Assembly (NCBI GenBank): GCA_964648765.1 | Contig: CAZYLF010000001.1 | Span: forward strand, 434,107 to 478,631 | Direction: 5' to 3' | Source of the DNA: an uncultured Candidatus Saccharibacteria bacterium | GTDB taxonomy: Bacteria > Patescibacteriota > Minisyncoccia > Phycocordibacterales > JACOZG01 | Length of the DNA stretch: 44,525 bases | Notes under the pieces: model-generated | Seen by the model: the letters and a program-made list of their open reading frames with translations, nothing else | Told to the model about the DNA's origin: nothing | Databases searched by the model: none | Shown: piece after piece, positions 34,659 to 43,231 of the stretch | Layout: each line of letters opens with the position of its first letter | Numbering within the stretch: the first letter of the stretch is position 1 | Position numbers and translations under genes: made by a program

Positions 34659-35475
34659 ATTTCCAATCTTGTTCTTTTTCGCCTTCAGGGATCACGCGGA
34701 GAGGAGTATATTGACTATTTTTAAGTTCAGCTTTTTTGATTATTACGCGTTTGCCGGTAGGGTCGAAGAAGTAAACGCCTGGCTTTGGCGATAAGGCGCG
34801 GTATTTGCGATAGTTCAGAATTGGATCGTCGGTTAATTTAATTTCCCCATCTTGTTTGGTAATTTTTTTTGTAAACGTGGCTTCGGTGTGATTTTGCTCT
34901 TTTGCCTCAATTTTTCCATCCACCCAATCAGGTAAAATTTTAGTGAAGAGTTCAGCGCCAAGTTTGGCGAGTGTGTCACGCAAACTCTCAAAAGTTTCTT
35001 CACCATTTAGCGTTAATTTTTCTTGAGCCACAATCGCTCCATGATCCACCTCTTTATCAATCAACATAATTGTCACCCCAGTTTCAGTATCGCCATTTAA
35101 AATAGCACTTTGGATAGGCGAGGCCCCACGATGCTTTGGCAAAAGCGAGGGGTGAATATTTAGCGTGCCGTGTTTGGGTAAATTAAAAACCTTTTCAGGG
35201 ATAATCTTACCGTATGAAGCCACAAGAAATAAGTCAGAAGCTGGAAGGGCAGAACTCGAAAGCTTTTCAGGTTGGAGGAAGGGGATATTATTTTGCTCTG
35301 CCCAAATTTTAACGGGTGGGGGAGTGAGAGTGAGGTGGCGGCCCTGCGGTGTGTCGGGGGTGGTGACAATTAAACTTGGGAGCAAGTTGTTGAGTGCCAA
35401 AGTTTCTAAAACTTTAACGGCAAAAATATCGGTGCCGAAAAAGACGAAATTACTATTTACTTGGAGTGACTTCAT
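34657..35475 (-). CDS. fmt: Methionyl-tRNA formyltransferase
   Basis: 'FVFFGTDIFAVKVLETL...LIVTTPDTPQGRHLTLTPPPVKIWAEQNNIPFLQPEKL', 'LNIHPSLLPKHRGASPIQSAI'. Start chosen at ATG 35475 (MKSLQ..); the track ORF starts at 35496. Overlaps the def 3' end. Confidence 0.9.
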   Translation of the reverse strand: MKSLQVNSNFVFFGTDIFAVKVLETLALNNLLPSLIVTTPDTPQGRHLTLTPPPVKIWAEQNNIPFLQPEKLSSSALPASDLFLVASYGKIIPEKVFNLPKHGTLNIHPSLLPKHRGASPIQSAILNGDTETGVTIMLIDKEVDHGAIVAQEKLTLNGEETFESLRDTLAKLGAELFTKILPDWVDGKIEAKEQNHTEATFTKKITKQDGEIKLTDDPILNYRKYRALSPKPGVYFFDPTGKRVIIKKAELKNSQYTPLRVIPEGEKEQDWK

Positions 35476-35950
35476 GTAGTGATTTAGCGTGATCAATAAA
35501 TAAAATACCGTTTAGGTGATCAATCTCATGTTGAAAAATTTGAGCAATTAAACCTGATCCATGATATTGGAATTTCTTACCGTTTTCATCTTGAGCTTCC
35601 ACTGTAACCTTCTCCTTTCTTTTTGTCTCGCCATAAATGTTGCGCACGCTTAGGCAACCCTCCTCCATTTCCACTGCCTTTTTTGATTCTCTTTTAATTT
35701 GAGGATTTATAAAAGTTAAGTTTTTGATTTCATCTTTTCGGTCTTGGTTGATCTTTTCCGAGATGATAAAAATTCTTTTACTAATTCCAATTTGTGGTGC
35801 GGCCAGCGCAATGCCATCGTCAAAGCTCTCAAGCACTTGGCGCATGTCGCTGAGGTCACTTGAGAGTTCTTGGCTACCAAATTCATTCTCTCCTACTACT
35901 ACAGCAATTTGGCGCAATACTGGGTCGTCTTTAGTATTAATTTTATGCAT
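35453..35950 (-). CDS. def: Peptide deformylase
   Basis: 'GIALAAPQIG', 'EGCLSV', 'QHEIDHLNG'. ATG at 35950; the track uses TTG at 35962. Confidence 0.9.
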   Translation of the reverse strand: MHKINTKDDPVLRQIAVVVGENEFGSQELSSDLSDMRQVLESFDDGIALAAPQIGISKRIFIISEKINQDRKDEIKNLTFINPQIKRESKKAVEMEEGCLSVRNIYGETKRKEKVTVEAQDENGKKFQYHGSGLIAQIFQHEIDHLNGILFIDHAKSLHEVTPSK

Positions 35951-35968
35951 ATTGATACGCAAATTTTA

Positions 35969-37873
35969 CTACAAAAGTGTCTGTGGGTCAACCTCGATTC
36001 TGAAAGCCGGAGGCACTAAGTAGAGGAGTGGTAGCAAATCTTTATTGGGCCAAGTTTTCGGATCGAGACGTAAAATTGCATGGGCCACGTACTCACCAGC
36101 CATTCCGCCTGTAGACTCAAAGATATCCGGGTTGTAATCCTTTAGCAACTTTTCAAGCTTCCGCATATCGGCAAGCACTTCAGTTTGCGTGCCAGTGCGA
36201 GTGATTTTAATTAGGAGTTTAAATGGTGGGTAATCAAAGCGCTCGCGATCTTTAATTTCATTCCGGTAAAATTCCATAATATTGCCGCTCGCTGCAAGTT
36301 CAAAAAATGGCCAATCAGGATTTCGGGTTTGGATTATAAATTGATTTGTGGTTAGTGCGCGGAGTTTGAGGAGAGTTGTAAAAACCTTTTCACTAATCTT
36401 AAATTCAGGTAGTGACATTAAGGCATCAAGCGAGGCAATATAGACGTTATCAACTTTTGACTGGATTAAATTCACGGCCATTTCAGTACCAATTAAAATC
36501 CCACCAGTATTATAAAATTGCTCCACTACCACTTCCGCCTCTTTACGATTTGGAGTATGGTCACTATCTACTTGATGAATAGAAGCTTCCGGAAAAGCGA
36601 GACGTAACTGCTCAGCAACTTTTTCTGCCCCCACGCCCAATGGGATTAAATTCCAACTTTGGCAGTAACCACAAAATTCTTGCGCGCTCCTGATTTCATG
36701 GCAATGATGACAAATAAAAATATTATTTGCCTTTTCTTTTTCCGTTTGTTTGCCTTTGTGGAGCGTAACGGGCATAAGGCATTTAAGGCAAAGCACGGCT
36801 CGTCCGCAATCTCGGCAAGACACAATTGGCGCCAAGCCTCGCCGGCCACTCCAGATAAAAATCTTTTCACCGCGCGTGATGGCCTCACTAATTTTTTTCA
36901 ATAACTTTTCACTTATTGCGTCAAAGCTTTCTGCTTCTGGACGATTTTTAATATCAATCACGCTTGAAGTAGCCGTGGTGAAGGCGCGATTTTTTACCGT
37001 GGCGGCATTTTGATATTTGCCTTGCTCAAAGGCATACATTGTTTCAACTCCAATTACGTCTGCGCCTAAAATTAATTTAGCCTTAATTTGTGAGGCAAAG
37101 TTTTCAGCAAAAAAGCGAAAGCTAAAAAAGGGCCGTTTGAGTGTTTTGTAACTATCTGAACTCTCATCCTCAATAATTATCGTTTTAATGTCGTGGCGAG
37201 GGAGGGAGAGAAAGCTCGGTGTGGCAATTATTAAAACCGGATGCTTTTCACTTAAAATTTGATTCCAAGCTTCCAAAATCTTTTTGGTTGGTAGCGAGCC
37301 AGAGAGGGCGTAGGTGTACTCTTTAATACCACGGTCAAGTATTTTTTTTAGATGCTGCACGTGGCTGGTGGTGGGGCAGACCACAAACACCGAGTGACTG
37401 CGGGCAAACTCCTCCCGCACCAAACTTTTATAAAAAATCAAACGCTCTTCAAGAGGTTGTTGGAGCACGAGCTTTTCACTTTTTATACTTTCATTTGCTT
37501 TTCCGCTACTTTCAGCCGGAGGCACGTTTTCAAGATTCTCTAAAATTGCTTTAGGGATCGCGTTTTTTAAAATTTGCCCAGTATAACCAGCGTAGTGGGT
37601 GGCGGTGGTGTTTGCCACTTCCACAAACTCTGGTCTAAGCAAACCAACGTTTTCAATTTTTTCTACTTTTTTTAAACTAAAACCAGCGCTTCGGAGTTTG
37701 CTTTTGACTTCGGCCACGTCTCTAACGGTCGTTACAATTGCTTTAACTTTTTTGTGTCGCACGGTGATCTCAATCATAGCGCCAGGGGCTACCGCTTTGG
37801 CGGTAAAGTAAGATAAAGTATCGCGGAAAATATTGCCTTCAAGAGGTACTACCTCAATCGCTTTCATATCCAA
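35969..37873 (-). CDS. priA: Primosomal protein N' (PriA)-like protein with degenerate helicase motifs I and II
   Basis: PriA-like N-terminal 3'-DNA-binding region, and the Cys cluster 'CRDCGRAVLCLKCLMPVTLH...ICHHCHE...CGYCQS'. Where Walker A (G.TGSGKT) is expected the sequence reads 'LQQPLEERLIFY'. Where DEEH is expected it reads 'IIIEDESSDSYK'. Confidence 0.75.
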   Translation of the reverse strand: MDMKAIEVVPLEGNIFRDTLSYFTAKAVAPGAMIEITVRHKKVKAIVTTVRDVAEVKSKLRSAGFSLKKVEKIENVGLLRPEFVEVANTTATHYAGYTGQILKNAIPKAILENLENVPPAESSGKANESIKSEKLVLQQPLEERLIFYKSLVREEFARSHSVFVVCPTTSHVQHLKKILDRGIKEYTYALSGSLPTKKILEAWNQILSEKHPVLIIATPSFLSLPRHDIKTIIIEDESSDSYKTLKRPFFSFRFFAENFASQIKAKLILGADVIGVETMYAFEQGKYQNAATVKNRAFTTATSSVIDIKNRPEAESFDAISEKLLKKISEAITRGEKIFIWSGRRGLAPIVSCRDCGRAVLCLKCLMPVTLHKGKQTEKEKANNIFICHHCHEIRSAQEFCGYCQSWNLIPLGVGAEKVAEQLRLAFPEASIHQVDSDHTPNRKEAEVVVEQFYNTGGILIGTEMAVNLIQSKVDNVYIASLDALMSLPEFKISEKVFTTLLKLRALTTNQFIIQTRNPDWPFFELAASGNIMEFYRNEIKDRERFDYPPFKLLIKITRTGTQTEVLADMRKLEKLLKDYNPDIFESTGGMAGEYVAHAILRLDPKTWPNKDLLPLLYLVPPAFRIEVDPQTLL

Positions 37874-37979
37874 AAAGATAGCACTAAAACCACACGTTTG
37901 CCAAAAGTGGAGAGGCGTGATAGTTTTTGGATCGGTAAGTTGTATGAATTGGAGATGTTCCTTGAAAGGAGGAATGAAG

Positions 37980-38639
37980 ATGTTTGAAAAGTTTACGGAT
38001 AGGTCTCGGAAAGTGTTTGCACTGGCAAACCAGGAAGCTCAGCGTTTTAACCATGAGTATATTGGCACGGAGCACATTCTACTCGGTTTGGTGAAAGAAG
38101 GATCTGGTGTTGGTGCCCATGCTCTTCAAGAATTCGAAATTGATTTACCGAAGGTACGTTTGGAATTGGGAAAGCTGGTTGAGCAGGGTCCAGAGACGGT
38201 GACCATGGGTAAACTCCCCCAAACACCTGGCACGAATAGTCTTATCTTGTCCGCGATTGAGGAAGCGCGTAAGCTAAGCCACAACTATGTGGGGACTGAA
38301 CATTTGCTACTTGGATTACTGCACGAGCACGAGGGTTTTGCTACCAGTGTGTTGAGAAATCTTGGAGTAAAACTGGAAGAAGTGCGTGAGAGAGTATTAA
38401 TCCTTCTCGGTTTGGTTGAAGAGACCAAGTATGGCCCGGGGCAGTTTAAGGTATTTTTCTATTCCGACTCTTCAAACGGACTCGAAAGGATCCAAGCTGA
38501 ACGTCTTGAGTGGGAGAAAATGAATCCGGAAGCCAAGATTATCGCTGAACAGGCTTCTTTAGAAGATGGTTTCAGGTATCTGGTTATCTTCTTCCAACTT
38601 CCTGAAGCCACTACTCCACAAGAACAAACAGGTAAGTAG
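37980..38639 (+). CDS. Stand-alone Clp N-terminal (Clp_N repeat) domain protein with unassigned C-terminal ~70 aa
   Basis: 'MFEKFTDRSRKVFALANQEAQRFNHEYIGTEHILLGLVKEG' and the second repeat 'AIEEARKLSHNYVGTEHLLLGLLHE'. No AAA+ module follows. ATG at 37980 after AGGAGG. Confidence 0.8.
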   Translation: MFEKFTDRSRKVFALANQEAQRFNHEYIGTEHILLGLVKEGSGVGAHALQEFEIDLPKVRLELGKLVEQGPETVTMGKLPQTPGTNSLILSAIEEARKLSHNYVGTEHLLLGLLHEHEGFATSVLRNLGVKLEEVRERVLILLGLVEETKYGPGQFKVFFYSDSSNGLERIQAERLEWEKMNPEAKIIAEQASLEDGFRYLVIFFQLPEATTPQEQTGK

Positions 38640-38651
38640 TCATAAACAACA

Positions 38652-38687
38652 AGCGCAGGACCTTTGGGTACTGCGCTTTTTTCTTTT
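38652..38687 (+). terminator. Rho-independent terminator
   Basis: agcgcag-gacctttgggta-ctgcgct followed by ttttttctttt. Confidence 0.75.
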
Positions 38688-38715
38688 GTCTGTAATTTTA
38701 CGATATACTTTACGC

Positions 38716-39303
38716 ATGGAGTACAAAAAATCATGGCCGGATTATTATAATTTGACTCGCAATAAGCCTCCTCGGCCACTTTTGCTCACCGCGATTCAGA
38801 ATGTGGAAGTTAAGGATGAAGCGCTTGATCTGGGTGCTGGTGCACTACGCGACACGATCTATTTACTTGATCAAGGTTTTACGGTGGCGGCCGTAGATGC
38901 GGAAGCGCAAGTAATGGAGGAAGCCAAGTCTATCAAATCTGAAAAATTTAAAATAGTAATTTCAAAATTTGAAGATTTTAATTTTGAAAAAAATAAATAT
39001 GATTTGATGGCGGCGATGTATTCACTTCCTTTTAATCCGCCAGAAAGTTTTAATAAAGTTATTGAAGATATTAAACAATCATTGAAGTTGGGCGGAGTAT
39101 TTTGCGGACAATTTTTTGGTGATCGGGACGAGTGGGCGACTAATTCGAAGATGACATTTCACACTAAAGAACAAGTGGAAGATTTACTAAGTGGGATGAA
39201 AGTAATTTTACTCGATGAGGTGGAGAAGGATGACTACACCGCCGACGGTACTAAAAAACACTGGCACTTTTTTAACTTTATTGCCAAAAGTGGTGAGATG
39301 TGA
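38716..39303 (+). CDS. Class I SAM-dependent methyltransferase
   Basis: Motif I 'ALDLGAGALRDTIYLLDQGFTVAAVD'. ATG at 38716 (MEYKKSW); the track ORF starts at 38566, inside the upstream gene. Confidence 0.8.
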   Translation: MEYKKSWPDYYNLTRNKPPRPLLLTAIQNVEVKDEALDLGAGALRDTIYLLDQGFTVAAVDAEAQVMEEAKSIKSEKFKIVISKFEDFNFEKNKYDLMAAMYSLPFNPPESFNKVIEDIKQSLKLGGVFCGQFFGDRDEWATNSKMTFHTKEQVEDLLSGMKVILLDEVEKDDYTADGTKKHWHFFNFIAKSGEM

Positions 39304-39347
39304 TAGAAATGGGAGGGATTGAGTTCTTAATTAAAAGGAGATGATCT

Positions 39348-39692
39348 ATGGGATTTACTTGGTATTTATTGAGTGGGTTGATCGTGCTCATTGTCTTGAT
39401 AATCAGAAAAAAAATTGAGACAAGGAATGTATTAGTGCCCCAGACGCGTACCTATCTTTATTCCCTAAGTTCAGTGGATTGGAAGTTAGCAGAAAAGATT
39501 CGTGATGAAGTAGAGGAGCTGTATGGTAAGCAAGCGAGTAAGGTGAATTTTTGGTATAGCATGGCCAAACTTGTAGACGAGGGTTTGATAGAGAGAGATG
39601 TAAGGGATGAGACATTCGTGGTAAAAGGCGTATCTCACCCGAGAAAAAATTACTATTACCGACTAACACCAAAGGGCGTCAACGATCGATGA
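39348..39692 (+). CDS. Small protein with N-terminal TM helix and winged-helix-like C-terminal part
   Basis: 'WYLLSGLIVLIVLII', then 'WKLAEKIRDEVEELYG...FWYSMAKLVDEGLIER...YYYRLTPKG', which is PadR/wHTH-like (tentative). Confidence 0.5.
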   Translation: MGFTWYLLSGLIVLIVLIIRKKIETRNVLVPQTRTYLYSLSSVDWKLAEKIRDEVEELYGKQASKVNFWYSMAKLVDEGLIERDVRDETFVVKGVSHPRKNYYYRLTPKGVNDR

Positions 39693-39727
39693 TGCCAATC
39701 TTGACTAATCCGATCTGGCATTTGCAT

Positions 39728-39772
39728 AAGCCGTTGCGGAACACATCCCGCATCGGCTTTTTTTATTTTTTT
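39728..39772 (+). terminator. Rho-independent terminator
   Basis: aagccgttgcgg-aacacatc-ccgcatcggctt followed by a long T-run. Confidence 0.75.
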
Positions 39773-39956
39773 CAATCATGGAATTTAATTAGTGGTTTTA
39801 AAATCTAACCATCATAATACGATCGTGATTGGATGGGTACATTTTATTTTTTGGAATTTTGGCAAAACCTGCCGCTCGATAAATATGGCTTGCTAAAGTT
39901 TGACGTTTGTGGTAGTTTCTAATGAGAATTTTCATTAACCCTTGTGTAGGGTGAAA

Positions 39957-40673
39957 ATGTGGTCATTAGCAAGAAGGAGAATAAATGTGCCTGCAAAATC
40001 GATCGAAATAACGCACAAGGAGAATTACGAATTTGATGTTGATTTTTGGAGAGGTTTTCATTTTGAAGTATCAGGAAAGAAAGTGGCTTTGGCAAAAATC
40101 TTTCTAGACCACGAAGGCTCAGAAAAACGCTTGTCGTTTGCGAAGTATTTGTCTGCGAAACGAACCTCACTTCCGAGAGCGATACCAATCTTGATAGGTG
40201 AATTACCCAAAATGGAATTTCCTGCTTCGCGTATTAGTGCGATTGCATATGGGCTCAGTATCTTGTCAGAAAATGAGACTCAAGAGTTACAGAAACGGCT
40301 GTCCGAGATAAAAAGTGATCTTCGTGGCATGGGCGACGGGTCGATCATTGTGTGTGGAAATGGCAACTCATTTCTGAAGGCCAGCCATTGCGTAGGCGCA
40401 GTGCCAAGTGTGGAGTCTCAGAGAGTTGAATACCCGGATGCTACATATCGTGACCGTGATACCGATACTGTAATGGTCTACTCAGGACAGCCACAAATCG
40501 TGAGTGTGTGGAGCAAGGAAGAATTGCCTTACCCCACCAAATTTCGATTCATTAAAAAAGCGCAGAAGCGAGATTACACCAACCTTTGGTTTGCCTTCAA
40601 GTATAAAACAAAAGCACTGAAGTGTTGTCAGCCCACAGTCGCAGAAAGCTTTCTTCATTTTGGCGCATTCTGA
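39957..40673 (+). CDS. Hypothetical protein (238 aa)
   Basis: Track ORF 39942..40673; ATG at 39957 after agggtg. Followed by a terminator. No family recognised. Confidence 0.6.
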   Translation: MWSLARRRINVPAKSIEITHKENYEFDVDFWRGFHFEVSGKKVALAKIFLDHEGSEKRLSFAKYLSAKRTSLPRAIPILIGELPKMEFPASRISAIAYGLSILSENETQELQKRLSEIKSDLRGMGDGSIIVCGNGNSFLKASHCVGAVPSVESQRVEYPDATYRDRDTDTVMVYSGQPQIVSVWSKEELPYPTKFRFIKKAQKRDYTNLWFAFKYKTKALKCCQPTVAESFLHFGAF

Positions 40674-40702
40674 TCTCGTCTTACCTAGAGAACAATACAT
40701 CG

Positions 40703-40731
40703 CGCTCAGTCATAAGGCTGAGCGTTTTTTT
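40703..40731 (+). terminator. Rho-independent terminator
   Basis: cgctcag-tcataagg-ctgagcg followed by seven T. Confidence 0.8.
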
Positions 40732-40786
40732 ATTTATACTTTTTCACATCGCTTGCGGAGTGAGAATATTGTATGATATATAGGTT

Positions 40787-41632
40787 ATGAAGTACCTCTC
40801 AGCGCAAGCTGCAAGTAAAAAATATGGTTTGAATCTCGAAGAGGTTAACCGTCTCTGTGTTTTCAGAAAAATTGAGGGTAAACGCATGGGTAATGATTGG
40901 TATTTAGTTGAAGAATCACTTGAGCAATACTTAAAAAATCCTGATACGGCGATTTTAACTTTTGATAAAAAAACCACCAAACCTCTAGCCCACCTATTTT
41001 CTGTTTTAGGACTCGTGGTGATTATGGGATTTATTTTAACGCCTAAAAATATCCAAGCTTTACTCATTGGTGAAAGGGTGGTCAAAGACACAATTAGTTC
41101 TCGGAGTCAGGCCGCGGTGCTGGAGTCGTTTGAGGGAGTCACCAGTAGAACAATTAAATTAGGCGAGCACACCCGCGACACATATATAATTGCTAAAGAA
41201 TTTTTTCAAAACTTTGGTCCAGCAAGCAAGGACAATTTTAAATATTTTTCACAAAAAATTGCAAATAATTGGGCCACTTTTATGAATGGTGACGGTGACG
41301 CCAGTGTGGCCGTTTCTGGCTTTAGCGAGCAAACGCGCGCGGCACTTAAAGAGGAGATTACTAATGAACTTAGACAAGAACTATTTGGCTCGTTTGGTGG
41401 TGGGCAGGTAGCTCAACCTCAAGTTACTCCTGCCAATCGCGGGCTGGTGGTGGTGCCTTCTACGGGCAATGAAGTTTCAGACCAAGAAGTAAAAAATAAT
41501 TTACAAAACGTCTTTTCAGACCAAGTTAAAGTGAGTTTTGACGCAAGTGGGCGTGCAGGAGTAATTACACCGGTGTTCCGCCGGACAGCGGGCTCAAATT
41601 ACCTTTTCATTCTTGCGCCAATTGATCAATGA
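40787..41632 (+). CDS. Membrane-anchored protein with N-terminal excisionase/MerR-like HTH
   Basis: 'LSAQAASKKYGLNLEEVNRLCVFRKIEGKRMGNDWYLVEESL' is HTH-like. TM 'LFSVLGLVVIMGFILT'. 4-nt overlap with the next gene. Confidence 0.6.
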   Translation: MKYLSAQAASKKYGLNLEEVNRLCVFRKIEGKRMGNDWYLVEESLEQYLKNPDTAILTFDKKTTKPLAHLFSVLGLVVIMGFILTPKNIQALLIGERVVKDTISSRSQAAVLESFEGVTSRTIKLGEHTRDTYIIAKEFFQNFGPASKDNFKYFSQKIANNWATFMNGDGDASVAVSGFSEQTRAALKEEITNELRQELFGSFGGGQVAQPQVTPANRGLVVVPSTGNEVSDQEVKNNLQNVFSDQVKVSFDASGRAGVITPVFRRTAGSNYLFILAPIDQ

Positions 41633-43230
41633 AAAAGTTATTTTTAGTTTTTATATTTTTTTTACTTTCTACTCCACTTTATGCTTCAGAGGGGGATTTA
41701 AGTGTAAGTCCAGCTAAAAATGAGTTATTAGTAATTGCTGGTCAATCCCTTGATCATTTGCTTACAATTTTTAACGAGACAAGCGAGCCTCTTACACTCG
41801 AGCTTTCATCCGCTGATTTTTTACCTGAAAAGGTAATTGATCCTTCAATCCCTATTAAATTTAGTGTGGATGGAGATAATCCTTATTCCCTCCGAAACTA
41901 TTTAGAGTTTAATCGAGAGCCATTTATTGTGTCGCCAGGTGAGAGGCGCAGTGTGAGTGTGCGCGTGGCTACTCCTAGCAGTTTACCGGCCGGTGGATAT
42001 TATGGAGTTATTTTTGTGAAGGCTATGCCAGAAGGTGCTGATGTGAGTGGGGCCCAGGTGGCGGCTCAACTCGGGAGTTTATTTTTTGTCACAGTCCCAG
42101 GCCCAGTAATTAAGCAGGGTGAGCTTAAAGATTTTGGATTAATTGGTAAAAAATTTTTATGGAATAAGCAAGATTTACTTTTTCAGATTTATTATGAGAA
42201 TGGAGGCACTTTACATTTAAATCCCTACGGCCAAATCACAATGGAAAGTCCATTTGGTGAAATCACTAATCTTAATGTTGATCCGTGGTTTGTTCTCCCG
42301 CAATCAGGGCGTCTTAGGGAAATTGTTTTACCAAAACCAGCAAAATTTTGGCCAGGTAAGTATAAAGTTAAGTTAGAACTAAATCGTGGTTATGATGATT
42401 TGGTAGATGTGAGAGAGTTTACTTTTTGGTATTTACCTTGGTTGGCGGTTATCGCTCTCGTCTTGCTTATTTTATTTATATTTAAAATAATTAAAAAATT
42501 AATCTTCAAAATTATTATAGTTATTATTTTACTTGCTCTAGCAAGTACCACCCTTGCTTATGTGGCTTCAAGTACTAACTATCGTATTCAAGCTGACAGT
42601 ATGAATTTTGCCGGAGGTAATTCTACCTCTACAAATTATGAAATCGAGAGTACTTTAGGTGAGATCGCCACTGGTTTAGGTACAAGTACTAATTATCAAG
42701 TTAAGGCTGGTTACCAGCAAATGCTTGGTAGCTCGATCTCCATTACTTCGCCTTCCGATGTTACGCTTTCCCCAGCTCTCAGTGCTGCTGGCACGGCCAC
42801 AGGGCAGGCGAGTTGGACAGTAACCACGGATAATCCAGCTGGTTACACACTGGCGGTGAGTTCAAGTGTGAGTCCGGCCTTTGTGTCTGGTTCTAATTCA
42901 TTTGCAAACTATACTCCCGGCGGTGCGCCAGATTACACTTGGTCGGTTGCCTCTGGTGCATCAGAGTTCGGCTTTTCAGTGGAAGGCACAGATACTGCTA
43001 CGCGCTTTAAAGATGATGGCGCATCTTGCAACACTGGCTCATCAAATGGGTCAAGCACTTGTTGGGACGCCTTCTCTACCTCCGGCACCACAGTGGCTTC
43101 AAGAAGCAATTCCAATACTCCTTCAGGCACGGCCACGACAATTAAACTTCAGGCTGAGATTGGCTCAGGTGCCACGCAAGCGGCTGGCACGTATTCTGCC
43201 ACACTCACACTTACAGCCACTGCGCAATAA
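41629..43230 (+). CDS. Cell-surface protein: signal peptide, DUF916-like Ig-fold region, hydrophobic hairpin, C-terminal STNY-repeat domain
   Basis: 'MKKLFLVFIFFLLSTPLYA'. 'LSVSPAKNELLVIAGQSLDHLLTIFNET' is DUF916-like. TM 'WLAVIALVLLILFIF' and 'IIIVIILLALASTTLA'. Repeats 'SSTNYRIQ/STSTNYEIE/TSTNYQVK'. Confidence 0.7.
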   Translation: MKKLFLVFIFFLLSTPLYASEGDLSVSPAKNELLVIAGQSLDHLLTIFNETSEPLTLELSSADFLPEKVIDPSIPIKFSVDGDNPYSLRNYLEFNREPFIVSPGERRSVSVRVATPSSLPAGGYYGVIFVKAMPEGADVSGAQVAAQLGSLFFVTVPGPVIKQGELKDFGLIGKKFLWNKQDLLFQIYYENGGTLHLNPYGQITMESPFGEITNLNVDPWFVLPQSGRLREIVLPKPAKFWPGKYKVKLELNRGYDDLVDVREFTFWYLPWLAVIALVLLILFIFKIIKKLIFKIIIVIILLALASTTLAYVASSTNYRIQADSMNFAGGNSTSTNYEIESTLGEIATGLGTSTNYQVKAGYQQMLGSSISITSPSDVTLSPALSAAGTATGQASWTVTTDNPAGYTLAVSSSVSPAFVSGSNSFANYTPGGAPDYTWSVASGASEFGFSVEGTDTATRFKDDGASCNTGSSNGSSTCWDAFSTSGTTVASRSNSNTPSGTATTIKLQAEIGSGATQAAGTYSATLTLTATAQ

Positions 43231-43231
43231 A

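Noticed and set aside
42420-42560. Splitting 41629..43230 into two genes at the second hydrophobic segment (signal-peptide-like 'KKLIFKIIIVIILLALASTTLA')
   Set aside because: No ATG/GTG/TTG start or SD is available in frame in that interval, and no stop separates the halves.
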